Source: Haliotis cracherodii (lineage: Eukaryota). Taken from it: a stretch of 64,000 bases of DNA. This document shows, piece after piece, positions 24,710 to 35,513 of this stretch (its first letter is position 1; each line of letters starts with the position of its first letter). The notes beneath the pieces are model-generated. The model saw only the letters and a program-made list of their open reading frames with translations, was not told where the DNA came from and made no database searches. A program made the position numbers and the translations under genes. Location: positions 19,840,001 to 19,904,000 of the forward strand of contig NW_027266286.1 in assembly GCF_022045235.1 (NCBI RefSeq), in the 5' to 3' direction.

Positions 24710-27700
24710 ATGATGTTCTCTGTTCCGCCAAGAGATCATTGTCCAGCGTTCGTGCCACCAGGAGTGTATCCCAGTCGAGCAATGACCCGGAAAATGAAGA
24801 AAGAAACTTTATCCTTAAAACACAAGTACAACACGGATAACGCGAAAGAGATTTCTTACAACTGTAGCTTTGTCCCAAACATACCAGCAAAAATAGACAT
24901 ATCTTATCTTGTCCACTGTATGGAGAAAAAGGGGGATCAATTGGATGCATGTCACGTTGAAAATACTTGCAGTACAGTTGTACATTCAACCGCAAAGCCT
25001 AATATTTCTGTTACAAAAAATGCATATCTTTGTAGAGGCAATGATGTTTTGGTGAAATATATGAGATCCTTATCAAAGGACAGAGAGGAAGTAAAACCAA
25101 CAGAGTCCACTGAAATAGAACGCATCTTGAAAAGAATAGTAAAGAATTCTTCCGATCATAGTTCAAGCAACAACGTTTTGAACAACATTATTGTTTCACC
25201 TTTTTTATCACTTCAAACATACTTTGAGGGCATTGTTAGAGGGGAAGCTCTGCAAGACGATGATATGAGATATGGAGCCTTGCGCCTGAAATCATTTCAA
25301 GGAATCAGCGTTTCTGTCTCCTGCCTCCGCCTTGCATCATCAGGGTTCTTCGCTACTGGGTTAGGTGATGAGGCAAGATGCTTTAGCTGCGATATGAGGT
25401 ATAAACATTGGCTAGCAACTGACGACCCAAGACACATACACAGACGGATCTCCCCTGCCTGTAGACACATCAATGGGAGTGACAGCAGAAACGTACCTAT
25501 ATCTATTACTGCTGGCTCAGACAGGGTGTCGATATCCGCTGCAGTGGCCACAGCAACTCCTGGCGGGGACCAGACCTTGAACAATCAACAAGACCTGAAA
25601 ACAGAGAACATAGGTACTTCGTCAACAGAACATGCATCTCAAGAAGAGAATGGAGTCTTCGACCAGGTCAGGCTTGCAGGCATCCAGCACGTAAACTGCA
25701 GTTCCAGGGAAGCAGATATAATTCCATCAAGTCAACACATCTTTTGTCCGGAACGGTGTGCCCCCTCACAGCTGGCAGAGGTGGAAGTAGCTTCAGGAAA
25801 TGCAGCACCTGCATCTTCAACTCTTACATTTGCCACCGCTGTCTACCCCCACTATGATGATAGGGTAAAACGACTAAGCACCTTCAAGACCTGGCCGTCC
25901 AATCACTGCAAGAAACCAGAAGTGCTTGTTCAAGTAGGCTTCTTCTTCGCAGGTATGTATACACGTGTGGAGTTTGCAAATGATTGTTTGCGTGTCTGTT
26001 CACATCATGGTCGACAGTTGGGTAGACTGATAGTAAAAGCGATGGTTCTCACGTAATCGACTCCTAACGTGGCTGTATGGTATGAATCCAAGTTCTGGTT
26101 TTCCACCGCCATATTTTGACTGGTATAGAACAAAATGTCACGAAAAAGCCCACAAACTCACTCCTTCACGTTATGCTTCGCTGTGCAGAGATGTGTCCCT
26201 TGGGCACGGCAGAAACCTACGGTTGTGGGCTCGAAATCCGATTCGACCCGATTATGCACCATATGCACCATACCCGTGCTCGTGGGTTTCACCGAAGTGG
26301 TAAACGTCTGAGACCTGCATCACTTCGAGCTTTCCTCCCTCATTATGCTGACACATGGTGATATAATTGCAATAATGTTAAAAGCGGTGTTAAACCAAAC
26401 TCACTCATTCACACTCAGCCATGGGGAGATAATTTGATAGAGAAGTTGCTATACAACTGGACAGTAATTATAGATGTAGTTTTGTCTTTATATAGAAGCA
26501 AACCATCTATTTTGCAGGTTACTCTGACTGTGTGCGCTGTTTTGTCTGCGGTGTTGGTCTGAAGACCTGGGAGGATGGGGATGACCCCTGGGTGGAGCAC
26601 GTGCGCTGGAGGTCATCTTGTGCTTACATACTAGCATTCAGGGGAGAACAGTTTGTCCTCCAGACTCTGGGATCACTGGGACAGAAGACAAATGTAAAAT
26701 CCCTTATGTATCTATCATTCAGTGTCATGAACACGTTCTAATTTGTAAGCAGTAATTATTTCATAAATAATGGTAGTATTCATCACAGAGCTTACATTGT
26801 ACTTTATACTAAGGCTGTAGTGTACAGGTGTGTTCCTTATTCCAGACAACAGATATCATTTCAAAGGACGTCTGTCAGCGTGCACTGGGCATGGGATACA
26901 GCGAGGACAGAGTTACCAGGGCATTTCACCAGGTTAAAGCTACTCATGAAGGTAGAATGCATTTTATGTCACCCACTGTCTAAATATGTGTATAAAACAC
27001 AAGGTGAAAGCTGGTTGTCATACATTTGATCCATTATGTCACACTTTTATGCGTGCCACGCCACTTGCAATTTGTAGCTGATTAATATGTACAAATCTAA
27101 CACATAATGTAATGGTTTCAGGGTGCAGATTTCCTGATCTTGCCGCATTGCTGGAGGTTTTGGTGAAGCAGCAATGTGAGTCAGAAGGACTCACGGTCGA
27201 CGCCGATGCCAGTGCAAGGGGAACAAGGTATGCCGAAGCCAGTTCAGGAGGATCAAGATCTGCCAACTCAAGTTCAGAAGAATCAAAATCTTCTGCGAGT
27301 TGGAACAGACAGACTAATAGAACCAGGTGTCATAGCGAAACTGGAGTAGCAGGTGATAACAGAATTCTTTTAATTTCAAAGTATGGTAGATGCAATGTAA
27401 TATATAGTACTGCGTGAGTTCTAAACCCCCTGATTTGATACTTTGCACTCGTGGTATAATTAATGATAAATGATAATTTAAATTTGCATGTGAATCAAAA
27501 CGTGAAAGACTTTAGTTAGTATTACTGATACTGGTATTGCTGTCAAACGTGCATTGAAGGGACGTTATAATAGAGGCCTACGCTGAGACGTAACACAATG
27601 TGCCTGTATATATGTCCTTGGGCTATCTGGTCATAAATACTCGTACTCATCTTATAACAATTGTTATTTTTAGAGAAGCAAGACAGAGTCAAAGAGGAGA

Positions 27701-27894
27701 CACAGCAACTGAAAGAGTCGAGCTTGTGTAAGATCTGTCTGGAGGACCCTGCCAACATCGTCTTCCTCCCCTGTGGACATCTGGTGGCATGTGCCGTGTG
27801 TACACCAGCTCTAGAACGTTGCCCAGTCTGCAGGAGCCACATTCGGGGATCTGTTCGCGTCCATTTGTCGGACATGGCGTCATTAGCGTCATAA
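24710..27894 (+). CDS. IAP-4: type-B IAP, BIR-BIR-UBA-RING (exons 24710-25952, 26518-26693, 26846-26951, 27122-27352, 27674-27894)
   Basis: Canonical BIR1 CFSC..HRRISPAC. BIR2 split at GFFFAG|[32 protein letters not shown]-like CQRALGMGYSEDRV..|GCRFPDLAALLEVLV. RING CKICLEDPANIVFLPCGH..CPVCR, TAA at 27892-27894, AATAAA at 28004-28009. All splice phases are compatible; the start codon is inferred. Confidence 0.9.
26021..26416 (+). mobile_element. Degraded/interrupted SINE (family 1) in IAP-4 intron
   Basis: Head GGTAGACTGATAGTAAAAGCG, tail TAAAAGCGGTGTTAAACCAAACTCACTCA. Confidence 0.45.
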
Positions 27895-28431
27895 TATTGC
27901 CGTCTCAAGGCTCCACATTGATGTTCTTTAGTTACCAGGGGTATAGATATTCCAACTGATCCTCAATTGGATAATTGATAAATTATTGGATTACTCTAAA
28001 TGGAATAAATAAGAGCTGAGTTTAGGTTTTAATGTTTCATTATCTTGTGGTCCTTTTGTAAGATGGACCAGATGGGTGTTAACATAGCATTCGGATATCC
28101 CTGTATATAATGTAGTATGTTGGTGATACTCAGAGTACACTCAGGTAGAACCGTTTATATCAATGAAGTTCTTTGTTAAAGCGAGTGACGCTATTATGTT
28201 GTGTTTTAGGTATTCCAACAAAGCTTGATATGAACCCCTCTATGTCATAGACCCGTAGGTTGGTTTTCGGATTGCTGTGGGTTTGAAATAGGGTAATGGG
28301 CTTCTCCAACTGTAAGGTAATGTAGATACCACTTTCGACAGTTATGAATCTGTTCATGCACAATATTTGAATTATGTACAAAAGACAATTTTATCTTCTT
28401 TACTACATCGGCTATTTCTCACGGTGTGTTG

Positions 28432-28603
28432 CGAGTGAGGAACTGAGTATGGTTTTACACCGCTTTTAGCAATTTCCAGCAACATCATGATCACGACCGG
28501 GGACACCAGAAATGGGCTTCACATATTGTATTATGTGGGCAGTCGACCCCTGGCCTGCAGCACGACGAGCGAACGCTTTAAACACAAGGCTACCCTATCA
28601 CCA
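28432..28603 (-). mobile_element. tRNA-derived SINE (family 1)
   Basis: GGGGACACCAGAAATGGGCTTCAC...GACGAGCGAACGCTTTAAACACAAGGCTACCC is the reverse complement of 58910-59072. Confidence 0.85.
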
Positions 28604-28615
28604 CTGCGTGTTGAG

Positions 28616-28962
28616 GACAGCCTCCGTAGTCTAGTGGTAGAGCGCCCGGAGAGCGGAAGGTTCGGGGTTCGATCCCCGGCCGCGTCATACCAAAAGACGT
28701 TAAAAGATTATACTTGGTGTTACCCTGTCTTGCGCTCGGCATTAGGAGGCTATAAAAAGCCTGGTCGGCTCGGGGTATACTGTGTCTGAGTGTCTGAGTT
28801 GGGTTTTCATGTTAAACTGCGGCATGGTATCTCAGTGGGCCAGCACTATAAATCGGCATCAGTCCGGACTAGTACAAGCAGCCGCACACACACTATGCAT
28901 GTCGCTATATAAGTGCAATAATCTTGGACGCGACGTTATACCCCATTTCACCTGACCTCACC
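28616..28962 (+). mobile_element. tRNA-derived SINE (family 2, Meta-domain-like)
   Basis: A/B-box head (TAGTCTAGTGGTAGAGCG...GGTTCGATCCC), body TCATACCAAAAGACGTTAAAA..., (CACCT)n tail. A paralogous copy lies at 41847-42177. Confidence 0.85.
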
Positions 28963-29555
28963 TGTGTGCTGAGATACTAAGATGCACTATGATCAGCACT
29001 GTTCAATAGTTACTGGTTTGTTCAGGCGGTTCCTTACTGACTCATACTGGCTTTATCCTAATTGGACTAATAAAAATAGACATTGGACTAATAAAAACTT
29101 AAACGTAACTTTGAAAGTTTGTGATTTGTATGTTTTTGTATATCTATATATTGTGTAAGCAAGTATCAACACAACCTATATCAATCTCACTTGTCGGTAA
29201 AGTATGTGATTTGTGATTCACCGTATTTCATGTTGTCTCTGACATCAAGTTAGTGAGTGTGGGTATGTTAATTTTGCCTTCTGCCTTCAGCACAGTGGAA
29301 TCTGTGTCGTCGGATAATCGAGACCGGTTATTCTCTGCCGTTGATATATATAACACCAGTTAGCATTATTCCAGCTGTATGATGATGCCTTGTAAATAGT
29401 CATGTCTGGACAAGTCAATCAGTCGGGGCTCGAAGACATGCAATCAGTCAAGTCTCACATCCTCATCAAACATTTTCCGTTAGTGGGTTCTTACGATAGG
29501 TGAGGGATACCTGGCACCTATTCCTCCCAGGACTCCCCTAAGCGGCAGCAATATT

Positions 29556-29768
29556 CCGTCAGGTCCCGTTAATCCGACCTGGATGCTTGCATATGATTAT
29601 GTCGGATTAACGAGTTTGTCGGATAAACGAAATTAAAGTGTCGGAGCCGGAGTGCGAGACGGTCGCATAAACGGGTCTAAATAGCACTGATTAAACCGGT
29701 TCCCATCATAAGTGTCGGATAAAGCCGATTTCCAGATTAACGAGTGTCGGATTAACGAGACTTGACTG
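29556..29768. mobile_element. MITE, Tc1/mariner-pogo-like
   Basis: 23-bp TIRs CCGTCAGGTCCCGTTAATCCGAC / GTCGGATTAACGAGACTTGACTG followed by TA; internal repeats of GTCGGAT(T/A)AACG. Confidence 0.75.
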
Positions 29769-30307
29769 TATGTGTTTTAAGATTGATCATTGAGTGAATA
29801 GAACTTATTAGTATTTTAATATATTAATAAGTTGTCTCTTTCGAAGGATGTGCCGTTTAGTTGATGCATATCATAGTGAAAGACATATGAAGCACATTTC
29901 TGCTTCACGGATGAGAACATACAGCATCAAAATGGAAGCAGCTGAAGGGAGGCATCATCAGACATCATCGTAAGACAAGATGTCATTTAGAGTAACATGA
30001 CAATAGTGGATTTGCATATCTACTCATATCATCTTACACTGAATTGACCCACCTCAAAATGGCTAGATCCTTCAGTCGAGGTGCAACAAAACGTACTATG
30101 TATATTCACCAGCAAGGTACCGTTACATGCACTCATCAGCCGTTTCGTTTCCACTGTTAAAGATTGAATTAATTGTTTTAAGTTTCCAAGTATGTCATGG
30201 TTCTGACATTTCCCAATGGTTTTGTGGTACAGTCAATATATATCTAAGTCGGTTATACTGAAATGTTTGTTATAACGTACCTGATCATAACATCCGATCA
30301 CGGTACA

Positions 30308-30916
30308 GTATACGACAATCCTACTGACTGTCCACAGTTTCAGTGTAGATTACGGCAATTCTGCTGACTGTCTATAGCTTCAGTGTAGAATACGGCAATT
30401 ATCGCACTGACTGTCTATAGCTTCAGCGTAGAATACGGCAATCCTACTGACTCTCTGTAGCTTCAGTTTAGAATACGGCAATCGTACAGACTGCCCATAG
30501 CTTCAGTGTAGAATACGGCAATCGTACTGACTGCCCATAGCTTCAGTGTAGAATACGGCAATCGTACTGACTGCCCATAGCTTCAGTGTAGAATACGGCA
30601 ATTGTACTGACTGTCCATAGCTTCAGTGTAGAATACGGCAATCGTACTGACTGCCCATAGCTTCAGTGTAGAATACGGCAATTGTACTGACTGTCCACAG
30701 CTTCAGTGTAGAATACGGCAATTGTACTGACTGCCCATAGCTTCAGTGTAGAATACGGCAATTGTACTGACTGTCCACAGCTTCAGCGTAGAATACGGCA
30801 ATCGTACTGACTGCCCATAGCTTCAGTGTAGAATACGGCAATTGTACTGACTGTCCACAGCTTCAGCGTAGAATACGGCAATCGTACTGACTGCCCATAG
30901 CTTCAGTGTAGAATAC
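30308..30916. repeat. 40-bp minisatellite, ~15 copies
   Basis: Unit CTTCAGTGTAGAATACGGCAATCGTACTGACTGCCCATAG repeated head to tail; diverged at the left edge, near-identical on the right. Confidence 0.95.
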
Positions 30917-31299
30917 TCAAAACCTAAAATACTAGTTTCTTCAGATGTTAGTCAGACGTTTGAAAACATAAGACCTTAAATTATTCGATCTACGTTAAGG
31001 AAAATCGAAATAATATTATTCGATTATTCCAAGTTTCAGACAGCAATTGTCACATGTCAATCGAAAAAACCCGCGGGCAGCATCATATCAAGTGTTAGCG
31101 AAATGTTAAAGGAAACGACAGGCAGAGGGAAAAAGTAGTGGTGAACACTATGTACCGCTAACGTCAATATCGCTGTAATAGAACTGACAACAACACAAAC
31201 ACAATGTGACAGGAATCAAAACGTGACAAAGAATGCACCAGATAGCTTATCTGACAAATTCCTGATGAAACTAGTTTTTTCGCGCCTTGCGAGAGGCAG

Positions 31300-31491
31300 A
31301 CGCCGTTCAATTGGACCACGCGCTAGCTTCATGCGCGAGAGTCTCGTATATTGCCATACAAGGTCTAAGGGAATTCCCCGCATACTCATTTAACTGCATA
31401 GCCATTCATATCGACGAGGCTGAAGGGGCTGAAATAATAGTGTGCAGCGCTGTGTGTTGTATTGACAGGACATGTCCGGTTACATGTGAGT
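31300..31491 (+). promoter_or_regulatory. Putative promoter and first non-coding exon of IAP-5 with consensus NF-kB site
   Basis: GGGAATTCCCC at 31369-31379 (matches GGGRNWYYCC), local CpG enrichment, donor GTGAGT at 31486. Confidence 0.45.
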
Positions 31492-32109
31492 TTATTCATG
31501 TTTATTGATATCGTAGGGCAAAGAGTGCCGCGGGCCTATTTCAAAGGCAAAGCTAGATGGATCTCGTAATCTAGAAGGGATGCATTGAATTGATTTGGAA
31601 GATTGTGAGTGGTGGTGGGGGACTGATTCTGTTATTTATTTATTTATGTTCTGGGGTGGGTCTTACCCTAGCATGTCCTAGTTGCCTTGGGACTGCTGTT
31701 TGATAGTAATCAGGAACTGCTGTACATGTAGCGTCAGGCGACAAGCAGATTGCCTTCCCGCAGATCGTGCAGAAGGGGGTGCTACCTGTAGGGCAGGATA
31801 TGCTTGCCCTTTTCGTGAACACCTGGTGTCATCACTGATTTTCAGTTATCTATTCATATTACTTTCAACGCTATGTTGCCTTTTGGAATCTGTTTCGTCG
31901 GACAGTCAAGGTTGGTTATTGTCTGATGTTGACGCTGTATATATTTCAATATTTCAGATATGGGAATCTGAGATTGGAATTTTGGAGAGGATTGATTCAA
32001 ACGGGTAGATTGGAGAGTATTGATCCTAACACCCAGATACGGACACGCCTCTCTGTGCTCTGTGCATATAGTTTGTAATGAACTTATAAAGTTAACATAA
32101 GCAAGAACT

Positions 32110-32529
32110 ATGTCTTCAATTAGTTTGCGTGGTGACTTTGAAGCTTTGGCGAGAAGACAAGGAGTACCAATCCAGCGCACAATGCGTTTAGAGGCAATGC
32201 GTTTGAAGTCCTTTAGCAGATCAAATGTTCAAATGTCAGCCATAGTTCTTGCTGGAGAAGGCTTCTATGCTACAGGAGATGGGGACGAGACAAGATGCTT
32301 CAGCTGCGGCATCAGGCACAGCAACTGGAGACGAGGGGATAGGCCTGTTCATATTCATCTTCGAGGTTGTAGACAGAAACATAGAATAGATTCCAGCAAT
32401 GTCCGATTTTCACGCAACCCATTGCCTTCTTTGACAGACATACTGCAGCAATGTCAGTGTACCCTCGATGTCGCCAGTGATTACCATATACACCCTCCGC
32501 ACAAGATAAGCCCGGTGGGCACAATGTAA
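32110..32529 (+). CDS. IAP-5: type-A single variant-BIR ORF (truncated paralogue; mini-protein or pseudogene)
   Basis: [61 protein letters not shown]. There is an in-frame TAA 12 nt upstream of the ATG. No BIR2 or RING exons were found before IAP-6. Confidence 0.6.
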   Translation: MSSISLRGDFEALARRQGVPIQRTMRLEAMRLKSFSRSNVQMSAIVLAGEGFYATGDGDETRCFSCGIRHSNWRRGDRPVHIHLRGCRQKHRIDSSNVRFSRNPLPSLTDILQQCQCTLDVASDYHIHPPHKISPVGTM

Positions 32530-32973
32530 GAGTGAAGATACACAGTCATTGTATATTCCAAGTATCCAGGAAATGAAAATGTGTACACAACTTATGTCTT
32601 TGTCTTTAGTTGGAAGAAAGACTAAATTAATGAAGCAAGCAAGGATTGGGTGAGTTGGGTTTAACGCTGCTTTGAACATCATATCAGTTATATATCGCGG
32701 TGTATGAGCTTGACGTTGGGAGAAAGGCTGAAGTGATGCAGGTCTTTGATATTTCGATACTGATGAAATACGGGCATTGTATTGGTACAGAAACTGTATT
32801 TTAACTTGGTTATGAACCAACCATCATTGAATTTTGGCAGGTATAAAGGATACAACTCTTCACGACGAGTTGTGGGGCCTCCTACGACTGGGTCACTCAT
32901 GCAAGATAACCACATCAAGGAGATGCTTTTATAGTTACAATGTATAGCTATTATGTTTTTACTTTACAATGTA

Positions 32974-33109
32974 TTCGCTCGTCACGCCGAAGACCTGGGT
33001 TCGATTCCCGACATGGGTACAATGTGTGAAGCCCATTTCTAGTGTCCCCCGCCGTGATATTGCTGGATTTTGCTAAAAGCGGCGTAAAACCATACTCACT
33101 CACTCACTC
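32974..33109 (+). mobile_element. 5'-truncated SINE (family 1) with 13-bp TSD
   Basis: TSD ACTTTACAATGTA at 32961-32973 and 33110-33122; (ACTC)n tail. Confidence 0.9.
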
Positions 33110-33184
33110 ACTTTACAATGTAAATGATTGATGTCTTTATGGTCTGTCTACTCTATTCATTCTCCGTGCAAGGCGGTTGTGTTC

Positions 33185-34385
33185 CATTGGTTATGAGTCA
33201 TATTGTAAACCACAGGCGAATCAGATACGGGGAAAACCAGCCTTAAAATAGTAAGGACGTGTGAAATTTCCCTGTTCACCTGAACTAGACTTTATGTTAC
33301 TGCAGTCTGAGGAAATACAACTGTTGTGGATTTCTGTTTGATTCGTGTGAGGTGGGTTGTCTGATTCAAACTATGAATGTGTCGTAAGGATTGTTTGTGA
33401 CATTGATCTATTTTTAGAGTAGTAGTTTTAAAATGTTGTGCCTTTGGTTACAATGACATCAAATACAGCTTTGAATTGCTACCGTTTTAGAATGTGAATA
33501 TGTATTGATATAATCTTCCAGTGTGACTTATTACCCACTCTTTTTATCACTAAAAGACGTTGTGTTTATCGATTATAAAAGTAATATATGAATGTTCAAT
33601 GATCCATCATATTAATCTACTCGATAATCAACTTTACTTGTAAAGGACAATCACGGAATTCATACATTATCATTAATACGGTATAAATGAGACTATAACA
33701 CCCGTGATGGGACTGAACCTCCAGTGAGTTGACATGTTTTATTGAATGAAAATTTTCACTATTTGTGACATTCCACATTGTGATGGTATACCCTTAGGAT
33801 ATTTATAACCATATATCGGTTACAAAAAGACAATCCGCGTTCAGTATGTGGTAGACAGTTTTGGAATGAATCTAAATAATAGTATCGTGTCAGATCAATT
33901 AGCTCCCTCCATCTCATGCGGGAGTTTCCCTCAGTTTTCACTGATATTGATTATTTCGTATTGCAAAATTTCCTGTGAAAAACTACACAGAATCAACACT
34001 CAAGGCCTTCTTGAACCCGATGTACAAGCCTGCCCAAGACAGACAATGAGTAATATATTACACAATAAGGGATTGCGGTCTCTACGCTCTTTCTTCTTTA
34101 CTAATGCCTCGTGCAAGGTTATTATGTCACACTTATTCTCCACCATCTAAGCGGTGACATATTTGAATGAGTTGGGAAACCAGTCTTAAAATAGCCATGA
34201 GTTGTGGTATGAAATGTTACCTGTACTGCGACAAGTAGACTCTGTGTTGAAGAGTCTGAATCTGAGGAAATACATCAGATCTGGATGTCTGTTTAATTCG
34301 TGTAAGGTTGGTGGTCTGATCTGTTTCAAACTAAGAATGTAAGGTGAGGTTTGTGACATTTTAGAATAGTCATTTAGAAATATTC
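33185..34385 (+). promoter_or_regulatory. Tandemly duplicated putative promoter/first exon upstream of IAP-6
   Basis: 33229-33430 and 34173-34385 are diverged copies (GGGAAA(A)CCAG(C/T)CTTAAAATAG...TCTGAGGAAATACA...ATTCGTGT(G/A)AG|GT). AP-1 TGAGTCA at 33194-33200; kB-like sites at 33229-33238, 33263-33272 and 33920-33930. Confidence 0.45.
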
Positions 34386-35513
34386 ACTGTTGTGAGCCAG
34401 TCCAGCCATATGTTACAGTACATAATTATGACAGATGTCAGTACCGCTTGTGACTTCCCTGTCTGTATATTCTGAATCGAGGGTTATGTTGATTTGTAAT
34501 CCTCGGTATTAATCGCTTGAGACATATCTATAGTAATTGTTCTATTTATAATGTACGTGTGATGGACGTTTCATCAATACAGTATTGTTACGAAAAGATG
34601 TAATTAACTGAGACCTGATTTGAGAGCGAAACCTGTCGGCTCCGTTGGAAACATTACAGTAAATAGATATATTTATACATGGTTTCATACAAACTCACAC
34701 TAGGACATGTTATTGATTAAATCACACTATTATTGGGAACAGATGTTCGAATCTCCCAGGGTTACGCTTTACTCTTTGCTCTAAGCGGCGTAAATCCTTC
34801 ACACACTCGGAGTGTAATGATAGAGATTCCAAAAGATGCTAATGCTAACATATTATATACCCATATTTCCTGGGTGTTGCCATGCAAACACACATACACA
34901 CGACTATTTATGTAAACTTAAACTTAACGTGTATAAAGGTGCAATATATGTTTGGATCGTATGGTGTCTCTTATGGTGGAGTTCTGTATCAATAGAGTGG
35001 GTGAGTTGGGTTTAACGCCGCTTTGAACGTATTCAAGATATATCACGGCGTGTTACTTAAATGCATGTGGAAAGCCCGAAGTGTTACCACTTTGGCGAAA
35101 GGCACAGGGACGGGCATCGTGCTGAGAAACCCAGAAACATAATTGGGTTTTATATCAACAGGGGCATACAGAAATAGATATATACGTGCTGCTCATGAAT
35201 GAGAACGTGGTATTTTTCCTTCTCAACCTCTGGATCAGGAGTACACATGTGTTATCAATGTTTAGGGAATCTTCAATACATGTCAGCAGTGTTTGTTACC
35301 ACCTTTATCCAAATTCTGGTACAACGAAACGTCCATTTGAAGTGCCACGATTTTAGAATGTTAACTAGGTACAGATACAAATAGTCAGAGACAATATGAA
35401 ATTTCATTTAATAAAAATATTTATTAATTATGTAATATTTTCTAGTTGAGTTTCACCTGGAAGTACGGTTCTGAGCTGAGTTGGACACCTCCAAGCAAGC
35501 TTAATCAACTAAA

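Noticed and set aside
27196-27215. Caspase-site-like VDAD|A in IAP-4 and IAP-8 linkers, LEAD|S in IAP-6
   Set aside because: Short motifs at non-equivalent positions; the exposed N-termini do not match the IBM consensus and chance occurrence is likely.
30308-30916. CRISPR-like appearance of the 40-bp array (also the 31- and 39-bp arrays)
   Set aside because: Monomers are contiguous with no unique spacers, there are no cas genes, and the context is eukaryotic.
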